NCBI GenBank assembly: GCA_951406725.2
Contig: OX597824.1
Location: 79,174,001-79,238,000 of the forward strand
Source of the DNA: Octopus vulgaris
Lineage: Eukaryota
Length of the DNA: 64,000 nucleotides
Direction: 5' to 3'
Part shown: positions 12,952 through 26,019 of the stretch, piece by piece
Layout: each line of letters begins with the position of its first letter
Position numbering within the stretch: the first letter of the stretch is position 1
Translations under genes and position numbers: made by a program
Notes under the pieces: model-generated
What the model was told of the DNA's origin: nothing
The model's database searches: none
The model's input: only the letters and a program-made list of their open reading frames with translations

Positions 12952-14564
12952 CAGTTGCGGCCAAAATGTTCAGAACGGTATTGTTTTCGTCAGAAAAGTA
13001 GGTATAAGTTTTTATCAAAGTTGTTTTATACTCTATAATTTTCACAGACAATACATACAATATTAATTGTTATTGTCTGGGTTTTGGTGTAATTTGAGAG
13101 GATAATACAAAAGTTATGGATAATTTAGTGATTTACTGCAAAACCCATGGCGGCCAAAATGATCAGAACGGTTGAAAAAATAACAAAATAATCAAAAATG
13201 ACAGAGACTACTGGAATTATTTAATATTTAGTGTGAAGCCCTTTAGCTTCAATCACATTTTGACATCTTCGACTGCATGAGGAAATTAAATTTTCAATTT
13301 CTTGCTGGGTGATCTTATTCCATTCTTCCTGAAGGGCATTCCATAATTGCTCGGTTGTTTTAGGATTCCTGGCTTTCGAACGTTCTCCTAAAATATTCCA
13401 CACATTTTCAATAGGATTGCGGTCTGGGCTTTGAGCAGGCCAATCCATAACAATAACCTTTTCAGCCTTGAGGAAGTTCATGACCACCTTAGCCTTGTGA
13501 TATGGGGCATTGTCCTGCATGGATATGGGTTGTCGCTTAGTTGAATTTCTGAGCACAGGCAAGACGTGATCTTTTACAAGTTGTTTATAAACTCCTGCAT
13601 TTACCTTTCCATGTAATCGCACCAAAGGGCCCACACCATCTCCAGATATTCCCCAAACCATGACACTTCCTCCACCGAATTTAACACTAGTCTTAAGGCA
13701 TTTAGGCGACAATTTTACATCTACTTTTCAACGAACGTACCTTTTCCCATCTGAGCCAAATAACATAAACTTAGATTCATCACTGAAATGCACCGTTTGC
13801 CATTTTTTTGAGACCACAACACATGTTCGGTTGCAAAGGTAAGACGACACTTTTTGGAGCTGATCAGTGGCTTCACTGCATGTGCTCTTGCTTGTAGGTC
13901 ATGTCCAACTAAAGGACGAGACACAGTTTTTCGAGATAAAGTTTTCTTCAGTACAATGCTCATTTCCCGAGAAACAGCAGCAGCAGTTTTAAATCTGTCC
14001 TCAATAACCAACTTTACCATAGCACGATCTTCTCTCTTGGTCGTTTTTCTTGGCCTTCCTGTAGACTTTCTTGCTTCACACGAACCGCAATCATCGTAGA
14101 CCTTAAGAATACCGTGAACAACACTTTTTGACTTGTTAACAATATTTGCAATAGACCCAATACTTAAATTATCCTTCTTTTGAAGCTTAATAATCTGCTG
14201 ACGAACTGGTAATGGAGTAAGTGGCATTATATTAACAAAGTACACTGCAGATATTCTTACTAATGTTTAGTAAATGAACTGTCACGTAAACAAATTCAAA
14301 ACATTTGAGTTCACCGGTTAAATATACTAAAACACGGAGTAAAAGCAACCGTTCTGATCATTTTGGCCGCCATGGGTTTTGCAGTAAATCACTAAATCAT
14401 CCATAACTTTTGTATTATCCTCTCAAATTACACCAAAATCTCAGACAATAACAAATAATATCGTATTTATTGTTTGTGAAAATTATAGAATATAAAACAA
14501 CTTAGATAAAAAATTATATCTACTTTTCTGACGAAAACAATGCCGTTCTGAACATTTTGGCCGC

Positions 14565-14569
<5 letters not shown>
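12952..14569 (-). mobile_element. Tc1-family (DD34E) transposon with IR/DR termini
   Basis: TA|CAGTTG start, TA after the end; ~223-bp TIRs 12952-13174 and 14346-14569, each with two copies of GCGGCCAAAATGWTCAGAACGG. Confidence 0.95.
13221..14227 (-). pseudogene. Tc1 transposase, disrupted
   Basis: Paired-like N-terminus, GRPRKT, FSDESKF, QDNAP...SPDRNPIE with 34 residues between D and E; frameshift near 13805 and an in-frame TGA in KRYVR*KV. Confidence 0.92.
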
Positions 14570-15053
<484 letters not shown>

Positions 15054-16278
15054 ATCTTTGTGTCTGTGTTTTATCCTACACCACCGCTTGACAACCGGTG
15101 CTGATGTGTTTACGTCCCTGTAACTTAGCGGTTCGGCAAAAGACAGAATAAGTATCACTTTTTTTTTGAAAATAAGTACTGGGATCGATTCAAGGCAATG
15201 CCCCAGCATGGCTGCAGTCTAATGACTGAAACAACAAGTGATTTCGTTGGCGTAGTTGTGTGGTAGGAAGCTTGCTTCCCAATCACATGGTTCTGGGTTC
15301 AATCTCACAGCATGGTACCTTGGGAAAGTCTCCTCTACTATAGCCCCGAACCAATCAAAGCCTTGTAAACGGAAACTGAAAGAAGCCCGTTGTTTATGTA
15401 TGTATATATCTATACGTCTGCGTCTTTCTGTCAGTGTTTGTCCCCCACTACCTTGTGACAATCGGTGTTAGTATGTTTATGTCCCAGTTAGTTGACTGTT
15501 CGGCAAAAGAGACCGATAGAATAAGTAGTACGCTTTAAAAAATACATCCTGGGGTCGATTTGTTTGACTAAAACCCTTTAAGGTAGTGCCCCAGCATGGC
15601 CACAGTCAAATGACTGAAACAAGTGAATATATATGCGTACGTACGTATGCGTGTGCTGCAAAGAAAGCCATGTGCACATACATTTAATAATATAATGATA
15701 TAGATACTTACACTAAAGGTTTACCAGCCGAGACCATCTCGCCTTTTTGGGGGGAATCTATTGTGGACAATATCTTTTATGTACAGAACGGTAAATAAAT
15801 GTTTGAGAGTTATTTCCCTTGAACATTACTGGATTATCTCCCTGTGATCATTACTCCCCCCCCTTTTTTTTGTTTCCCGATCAGCCATTTTTTTGTGTAG
15901 TTATTTTTTTGTTTAATCCTATGTTGTTCTCAAACGAACAAAGGTGAGATCAAAAGCGTTCCAGTCATGACCATTTATGAATATCCATATCTATGGCATC
16001 CAATTGTGTCCATAGCCCGTTAGTTCAAATCCTGCCAAGGCCGACTTTTCATTTCATCTTTCGTGAGTGGATATAACAAGTACCAGCCAAATACGGGGAT
16101 CGATGTAATCAACTTTCCCTTCTCCTCAAAAAGCCGCTGGTCCTGTACCAAAATTTCCAACCATTATTTTTATTGTTATTGATAGAATCCTTAGCCTGCT
16201 GAGCAAAATGCCTCGCAAAATTTCGTCAGTCTTTACGAGGTCGACTTTGCCTTTCATCCTTTCGGTGTCGATAAAATA

Positions 16279-16430
16279 CCGTATTTTAACGTGTATAAGG
16301 AACCCTCTAATTTTGGGGGCTTAAAATTTAGAAAAAAGGTTTTGTAAGGGATTATAATACTATCCATGTATGAGAAACTCCCATATTTTTTTAAACCTAA
16401 TTTTTAACAAAAAAAAAGGGTTCCTTACGG
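16279..16430. mobile_element. Small TA-flanked MITE inside a degenerate SINE
   Basis: TA|CCGTA...AAGGAACCC ... GGGTTCCTTACGG|TA. Confidence 0.5.
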
Positions 16431-16724
16431 TAACAGTTGAACGCTGCGGTTGATGAAACTGACTTTATTCTCTTGCCAAACTTTCTGGCCTTGTGTTATT
16501 TATTCTTAATGGGAAAAACAGTGAGGGCCTTTTGATTTTTGACTGTTCTATAGACACAGAATGGCGATTCCACATGATTCTCTTTCTTCCTCTCTGGCGT
16601 CTCTGATTAAACTGAATCCAAAATGGTGTCCATTGAGCTAATTTCACTCTCTCCTTGAAATTTATTTTTTCTACTGATTCCATTTTTTGTATTTTTACAT
16701 ATAGTTTTCTTGGACTATTTACCT

Positions 16725-17090
16725 AGGATCTTTTCTTTTTGAAAGCCAGATTTTCCTAGTTAACTAAACAATTTGAAACTTCGTATACTGGTAGAATGTG
16801 TCAAAAGAAAACATAATTGTAAACAAAAATGAAAACGGAATTGTAATTTCTAAGTTTAACGTTGTTTAAAAATTCGAATTTTAACCAATGATATTCTTTC
16901 TTTCGGCCTCATGTTATTTACTGCTTCTCAAAATATTGTTACTGTGACGTAAACAGCTATTTTGTGACGTAGTTAACGTAAACATATAAATAGATCAAAT
17001 GTAAACATCTTCGCTTATCGCAAACTTCGTGGAGTATATATAAAATTTGTGTAGATCCTAAATAGCTACACACACATGTATACAAACATA

Positions 17091-17171
<81 letters not shown>

Positions 17172-17507
17172 CTATACACACATATTCTAATGCATATGCA
17201 CACTACCACCACTGCCATGATAACCACATCTACCACAGCTGTTTGCTTACTGCTTACCCACTCACAAAATAGCTATCTACGTCACATTAACATTATGCAG
17301 CTAATAATTTCAAATGAAAACAGACAATACGATTGGTTAAAATTCGCAGATTTAAACTACGTTTAAACTTATAAAATACGTTTTTGTCAAAAAAACTAGT
17401 TGAAATTATTGTTTTCTTTTGACACATTCTACCAGTATACGAAGTTTCAAATTATCTAGTTAACTAGAAAAATCTGAAAAATCTGGCTTTCAAAAAGAAA
17501 AGATCCT
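16725..17507. mobile_element. Fold-back MITE, GGATCTTTTC-terminus family, long TIRs
   Basis: Imperfect TIRs >100 bp (aggatcttttc...gaaagccagatttt...gtagaatgtgtcaaaagaaaac); central (TA)n. Confidence 0.8.
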
Positions 17508-17546
17508 TTATCTATTCTTCCTTCCACAATTGTGTGTGTGTGTGTG

Positions 17547-17584
<38 letters not shown>

Positions 17585-18218
17585 AATTCATACGTGATTT
17601 TGTGTTTATGTGTATCCCACACCAACGCTTGACAACTGGTGTTGATTTGTTTGTTTACGTCCCCATAAGCGAACAGTTCAACAAAGGTGATAAATCAAGC
17701 AGCAAGCCAAAAATGAGTAAAGTACTGAGGTCGATTTGTTCGATTAAAACCTTCCAAGACGGTGCCCTAGCATGACCGCAGTCCATTACTCTCTTTTTAT
17801 TCTTTTACTTGTTTCAGTCATTTGACTGCGGCCATGCTGGAGCACCGCCTTTAGTCGAGCAAATCGACCCCAGGACTTATTCTTTGTAAGCCTAGTACTT
17901 ATTCTATCGGTCTCTTTTGCCGAACCGCTAAGTTACGAGGACATGAACACACCAGCATCGGTTGTCAAGCGATGTTGGGAGGACAAACACACATACACAA
18001 ACACACACATATACATATACATATATACGACAGGCTTCTTTCAGTTTCCGTCTACCAAATCCACTCACAAGGCTTTGGTCGGCCCGAGGCTATAGTAGAA
18101 GACACTTGCCCAAAGTTCCACGCAGTGGGACTGAACCCGAATCATGTGGTTGGTAAGCAAGCTACTTACCACACAGCCACTCCTGCGCCCATTGACTAAA
18201 ACATATTAAAAAACATCA

Positions 18219-19071
18219 GGTGCTACTTTGGCGTGTGAACTACAACTTAAAACGGCATTTACTTTAGGATAGCTTTTAGTTTACTTTCCAATTTCTAAAA
18301 ACCCTTCAGATGTTCTTTCGTTTCTGCAAGATGTACACTCAATTTATTGATATTCCATCTTTATCATCAAACTAGCAGTATCGCCCGGCGTTGCTCAAGT
18401 TTGTTTCGACCCTTTAGAATTGGAAATTTTGAAAAGTAAAAATTTTGCTTTATGTAGCATGTTATTCTCTTTAAGTGAACATTTTTCTGGTTAAAATACA
18501 CCGAAAAATGGCGACACAGCAGTCAAAAAATCGTAAAAAATAGGGATTTTCATAGAAAAAAAGCAACTTTTTTATGTAAATAATTTTTGGTCTTAACATG
18601 TTCCGATTTGAATTTTATCTTCTACGGAATGAAGAGCAAGCCTTCTTCTATCATGCTCTCAATTTTGGTCAGCTTGCACCTTAGGGTTTCGGAGGAGATA
18701 GTGTTAGTTGAAGGCTACCAAACCTGCCGTACACAGACAACTTCAGCTTTACATATAAGATTGCTATTCAAATTTTTATAAATACTTGCGTACATACTTA
18801 ACATTGTAAACGTCTCTTTTCAAAATTTGAACTAGTTTGAAAATATTTTTACTATTTGAAAATAACAAACCCATGTTTCATTAATGTCTTAGTAAATATT
18901 AATACGAAAACAAGAATAAACAATATAATAATTAAAATAATCCCGCAGATCACAAAAGTTTAACGATTGCACATACTTTATATTGTTTACATTATTCAGC
19001 TGCTTCTAACACTAAAATTTTAATGTAAAGTAACCGCCTTTAAGTTGTAGATCACACGCCAAAGTAGCACC
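18219..19071. mobile_element. MITE with ~45-bp imperfect TIRs
   Basis: GGTGCTACTTTGGCGTGTGAACTACAACTTAAA ... TTTAAGTTGTAGATCACACGCCAAAGTAGCACC. Confidence 0.75.
18372..18760 (-). mobile_element. Non-autonomous Helitron nested in a MITE
   Basis: Minus strand A|TC...GCAACGCCGGGCGATACTGCTAG|T; 3' end resembles the 54080 element. Confidence 0.75.
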
Positions 19072-19478
19072 AAATAAAAGATATGTTTATTTTCATATAA
19101 AGCTGTGTATATTAAACAGCTGAACATTAAATTTAGTGACCCTTCAGTGCTTTACAGCAGAGAATGATACTTATTTATTTTTACAAGGAAAAAGTTGACA
19201 GTGACTTCGATGTTTCGGTTTAGGCTTACATTAAAACCTAGCTCTGAAGTACGCTGGGTTTGTCTTCTATCTTTTTTTATTCTTTTAACGCTACACGTCT
19301 TTAAAGGTAAATCGTCCCTCGGGCGATATACTGCGGCTACAAAAGTTTAACGATTGCACATATTTATATTGTTTACATTATTCAGCTGCTTCTAACACAA
19401 AATTTTAATGTACATATATGTTATATGTGTGTATGTATATGTATGTACACATACACACACACACACATATATATATAA

Positions 19479-19580
<102 letters not shown>

Positions 19581-19607
19581 ATGTATGTATGTATGTATGT
19601 ATGTATG

Positions 19608-19662
<55 letters not shown>

Positions 19663-19887
19663 TTATATATATATGTTTGTATATACACTCATATATATAC
19701 ATATATGTATATGGGTATATCGTGAAGTAGACTTTCCACTTAAATGTGGCTAACTCTTAAGGGTGGATGCTAATGTAGCTTGTGGCCCCAGAAAGACATC
19801 TCCTCCAGCTGGCTATTGACACACTTTCTGTGCCCTATCAATATTTGCAAAGAGAAGCCATCCTTCCCATCTTCAACCTGTATAATA

Positions 19888-19932
19888 CACATGGACTCGA
19901 GTTTCTGGGTATTGATCCGTCATCAGCGTGTG
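19888..19932 (-). ncRNA. Minimal type-I hammerhead ribozyme motif (slightly decayed)
   Basis: CACACG-CUGAUGA-CGGAUCAAUACCCA-GAAA-CUCGAG-UC/CAUGUG: full core, palindromic helix III, three helix mismatches. Confidence 0.7.
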
Positions 19933-20477
19933 ACAATCACCGGTTGTCCCAGTGCAAATATATGTATATAGGTTTGAAAGTTGGTGTGTGAAAGCACGTC
20001 GTTGGATGTATAAAAAATAGAAAAGAGTGAAAAAACTACAGAAGGCTTGTTTTATAAGGTTAAAGAATATATTTAAGTCGCTATGTTAGAAAAAATGTTA
20101 GAAAATTTTGTGTATAGTAACATAGTTTTTGGAGAAATAACCGGTTTCGTGTAAACTTTTCAAATTTCTCAAATGTCTTCACTACAAAAACTATGTTACT
20201 ATACACAAAATGTTATAACATTCTTCTAACATAATGACTTAAAATATATTCTTTAACCTTATAAAACAAGCCTTCTGTAGTTTTTTCACTCATTTCTATT
20301 TTATATATATATATATATCAAAAGTATTAAAAGTTTAATAAAAGATAATTATCTTTTATTAAACTTTTAATACTTTTGATGTATATTTAAAATAATATAA
20401 ATTAATTAATTTTATGTATTGGCTTAAGTTTTTTATTGTTTGATTTGCCTAATAGTGGTTTTATCTCTAATTTAATA

Positions 20478-20515
<38 letters not shown>

Positions 20516-20562
20516 CATATATGTAGATACGCACATTTATATACATATATAAACGTGTGTGT

Positions 20563-20613
<51 letters not shown>

Positions 20614-20999
20614 TATGTGCATGTATATATATATGTGTGTGTATAGAGAGCCGGGTGAGGGTCTTAGTTCAAATCTCGCCGAGGTTAAGCATGCTTTCCA
20701 ACACTCCAGGATCAATGAAATAATATACCGTTCAATTACTGGCGACGCTATAATAGACTAATCCATCATCCACCCCCGCCACCCCCCACAAAATCTCAAG
20801 TTTTGTGGCTGTGTTAAAAAAATATATATTAAAAAAACAATTGTTGCTTTGTTTTTGTTGTTATTCTTGTGATTGTTGTAGTGTATAGTAGCTGTTGTGA
20901 TGACGATGATGAGGGGGAGGAGGAGAAGGAGGAGGAGTGGGGAAGGGGAGGTGCTGGTGCTGGTGGTGGAGGAGGAGGAATATAGAAGCTTATGGTGAC

Positions 21000-21552
<553 letters not shown>

Positions 21553-21683
21553 TGAATGTAGTCAGACAGACAGACTGACTGGCAGACTGATTGACCGATA
21601 AAAACCAACCGAAAGAAAGGGAAGTGAGAAAGAAGGGAAGAAAGAGGAATTAAAGACGTAGAAGAACAAAAAAATTCACTTAC

Positions 21684-21888
21684 TTTCAAGGGAACCCACA
21701 ATATCAAATTGGTAACATGTACCTTGGATCAGACACCGTCTCTTTCTCCAGAGCCCCTGGCTGTTATCGGGGCTGCCATCAAACGTTAACCAGAAGGGAG
21801 AAGCAAAGGCTAACACAAAGAATATGTTAGCCAAGAGAAGCATGGCGCACCCAAAGAAAGGTATACCCAATCCATTAAACTTGCCCAT
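21684..21888 (-). CDS. Claudin/PMP22-superfamily tetraspan membrane protein, coding exon 1 of 3
   Basis: ATG at 21888; MGKFNGLGIPFFGCAMLLLANIFFVLAFASPFWLTFDGSPDNSQGLWRKRRCLIQGTCYQFDIVGSLE has TM1 followed by the W...GLW...C...C signature; donor A|GTAAGT at 21683; 205 nt, phase 1. Confidence 0.9.
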
Positions 21889-22080
21889 TTTTGTTCTTGG
21901 TTTTTTTTACCTGATCCTTCCGTGTAGTCTTATCTTTTTTTCTGGTTCTTAAACTATCGGTAATTTCTTCAATAATCCAAAATATGTGGAAGAATGTGTC
22001 CGATATGTATGGAGTCAATAAAAATAAACTATTTCTGTGTCTCTGTCTGTCTGTCTCTCTCTTTCTCTTTACTTTTCTCT

Positions 22081-22122
<42 letters not shown>

Positions 22123-22289
22123 TCTCTCCTTTTTCTCTCTCTCCCTTGCTCTCTTTCCCAGTTGTACGTGTACCTATGTGTATGACAAGGTGTTTCTCTG
22201 TGTCTATGTATGTGTGTGTGTGTGTGTCTATACACCTTTTTTTCTGTGTATATGTTACTCTCCTCCCTATCTCTCTCTCTCTCTCTCAC

Positions 22290-22338
22290 CCCCACCCGTT
22301 TCTCTTCCAACGTTCTCTTTCCCCTCTCCCTGCCTCTG

Positions 22339-22369
<31 letters not shown>

Positions 22370-22509
22370 TCTCCCCACCCGTTTCTCTTCCTGCATTCTC
22401 TTTCCCCTCTCCCTGCCTCTGTCTCCTTCTCTCTCTCTCTCTCCCTCCTATCTCTCCCCCACCCGTTTCTCTTCCTGCGTTCTCTTTCCCCTCTCCCTGC
22501 CTCTGTCTC

Positions 22510-22562
<53 letters not shown>

Positions 22563-22630
22563 CTCGTTTCTCTCCCTGCGTTCTCTTTCCCCTCCCCCAT
22601 GCCTCTGTCTCCTTCTCTCTCTCCCTCCTC
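22290..22630. repeat. ~85-bp polypyrimidine minisatellite, 4 units
   Basis: CCCACCCGTTTCTCTTCCTGCGTTCTCTTTCCCCTCTCCCTGCCTCTGTCTC(CT)n repeated. Confidence 0.8.
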
Positions 22631-23611
22631 TCTCTCCCTCCTCTCTCTCTGTTTATCTCTCTCTAGCTATCTATATCCGTATGCGTGTGTCTATATGTAT
22701 CTCTATATCTGTGTATGTCTCAGAGTGTCTGTGACAATGTGTGACTTTGCGTGAGTGCCTAAGTATATATGTGTGTGTGTATGTATGTGTGTGTGTGTTT
22801 GTGTATGTGTGTGCATGTCTCTACATACCCGTATTCCTGTGTGTGTCTCTATGTTTGTATTGCTGCGTCTCACCCAAAGTACTGGAAGTCCAGGGTGTTG
22901 CTTTTGTTGTTTTTATTGTAGTTTGCAAAAAAAAGATACAATAAAATAAAATAAAATAAAATAAAATAAAATATAAATACAATAACAGAGGAAATACATG
23001 TCCTTCCTCTCCCTCCCACACGCACTCTCTCTCCCATACACCCTTACTCTCTTTCACACTCTCCCCCTCTCTCTCCTCTCTCTCTCTCTCTCTCAATCAG
23101 TCATTTTTAAGCATCGACTTCAAAACACAGGTAACAATGTTACAGTTCCAACCAGCTCAACGTCAACACCACCGCCACCACCACACCTCCCCAGTACCAC
23201 CACCACGACCACAACTACCACCACAACACCTCACCCCGCCGTCACTAGAACCACGGTCACCACAACTACGACTACTACTACTACTACCACTCCCCACCGC
23301 CGCCACTATAACCACTACCACCATCACAACCACCACCACCACAACCACCACCACCATAACCACCACCATCACAACCACCACCATCACAACCACCACCACA
23401 ACCACCACACCCCTGAGGGAGAAAGAGAGGAAAAGAAAGAAAGAAAGAAAGAAAGAAAGGAAGAAAGGAAAGAAAGAGAAAGAATGATGAGGAAAAAGAG
23501 AAAGATAGAGAGATAGAAGAGGAGGGAGAGAGAAAGAGACAGAGAGAGTGGTGAACTGGTGACATGAGAGAGAGAGGGTGAGATGGAGGGTGAGAGAGAC
23601 AGACAGAAAAT

Positions 23612-23675
<64 letters not shown>

Positions 23676-24075
23676 AACAGTGGGAAAGACAAAGAGTGAG
23701 AAAAAGAAATAGAGAAAGAGAGAGATGAAGAGCGGAGAGAGTGATCGAGAGAGAGGGAGAGTGAGCGAGAGGGAGAGGGTGGAAAGAGGTGGGTTGGAGG
23801 TAAGCCTTTATTTCTTCTGCCATGGTCAGACAGGTTTATCAAGTTGTCATCTTGTCGGTTATACCTTGAGCACAACTATTCACAGATCTGTGTTTTTTGC
23901 GGAGTTGAAATAACTTGGCTTCTATTATATTTTGAAAACAAACAGCAGCTGAAATAACTAAAACACGTTGTCATGAGAAAATTATCCTGAGGCATATATA
24001 CATACATGCTTGCATACGAACATATACATACATACATAATTACCCACCTTATATATATGTACACACACATACATA

Positions 24076-24120
<45 letters not shown>

Positions 24121-24150
24121 TCTTATATAAATGTGTGTGTATACACGCAC

Positions 24151-24253
<103 letters not shown>

Positions 24254-25097
24254 AGGTAGATAGATAGACAGATTAGATACATGCATACATGCATACATAC
24301 ATACATACATACATACATACATACATACATACATACATACATACATACATACATACATACATACATAAAGAGACACATACATGCATACAAAATGTGACAA
24401 TGTTTTCGTTAAACTGCATTCCAGAGCTTTGAATCTTTGTTAGAAACCAGCTCCTTCCTCAAAGGAAGTATTCGAATAATTAAAAACAGAAGTGACATAC
24501 ATACATACATACATACATACATACATACATACATACATACATACATACATACATACATACATACATAGGCGCAGGAGTCGCTGTGTGGTAAGAAGTGGTA
24601 ATAATAATAATAACATTGTTTTGTCTTGGTATAAAAGATGGGCTACAGCAAATATTCTGCTCAATATCACAGATTTGCTTGTCAGTTGTTTGACCTTAAC
24701 CAGTTGAGCATGTCCCTTAGTGGCTGACGATATGTGCATCTCTGATCACGAGCAGAAGTAGTGGGGGAGTATCATAGCCATGTGTTGAGAGGGATTCTTT
24801 GGGGTTTGAATAATTTACCTTTCGAAAGATGGGTGTTTTGCTCATCATCCTTAAACAAACCTTATTTAGGGACCTTTTGAGTGGGAGGGGCTACTAGACC
24901 TGAAGAAAATTCTAACTGGGTCCCACCTGCAAGGTCATGTGCTGTTTATCTTGATATGAGATCACCATGTCGCGCACATATGATTGTGATGCATGTACCT
25001 GGGGTACCCTTATCAGACAGGTAGTCGTGATGGGTATACTTGCCTCGTTTAATTGTACTCCAGTGTAATTTTGATGGTATGCACTGCTCTCTCACTC

Positions 25098-25155
<58 letters not shown>

Positions 25156-25156
<1 letters not shown>

Positions 25157-25522
25157 GTGCACTCAGAGAGCGCAAACCTCCGCCAAGGCAACACCAACGT
25201 CCTCTCAACGGTTAGCCAGAGATGATTTTTAAAATGAGAATATCTGAAATAAACTTGACTACTCTCACAAACGAAAATGAACCTGACCGCTCTCAAAAAT
25301 TAAGTAAAAAAAAAACAGGAAAAATAATCCAGAATTATTGTCCGGTACCGGATCGGTCCCAAAATCTAATCAGTTTGTGCCAGTCACGAGGCCAAACATC
25401 CTTGAAAGTTTCATCCGAAGCCATCTTGTGGTTCTTGAGATATCTTCTTGTCCATGGACAAACAAATAAACAAACACGAATGAAAACAATACAGCCGCCT
25501 TTGCTAAGGCGGAGGTAATAAT
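25156..25522 (-). mobile_element. DINE-1/HINE-like (Helentron-associated) element
   Basis: Minus strand TTATTACCTCCGCC sub-TIR with hairpin, (GTTT)-rich tract, partner GGCGGAGGT and 3' stem-loop GCGCTCTCTGAGTGC; sits in (AAT)n. Confidence 0.55.
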
Positions 25523-25640
25523 GATAATCCTTTCCACTATAGGCACAAGGCCTAGATTTTGTGGGGAAGAGACAGTTGATCACATCGACCCCAGTACTCA
25601 AATGGTATTTGGTTTATCGACCTCGAAAGGGGATCGCCGT

Positions 25641-25995
<355 letters not shown>

Positions 25996-26019
25996 ATCAT
26001 CAGAAGATGAATCTTCCAA

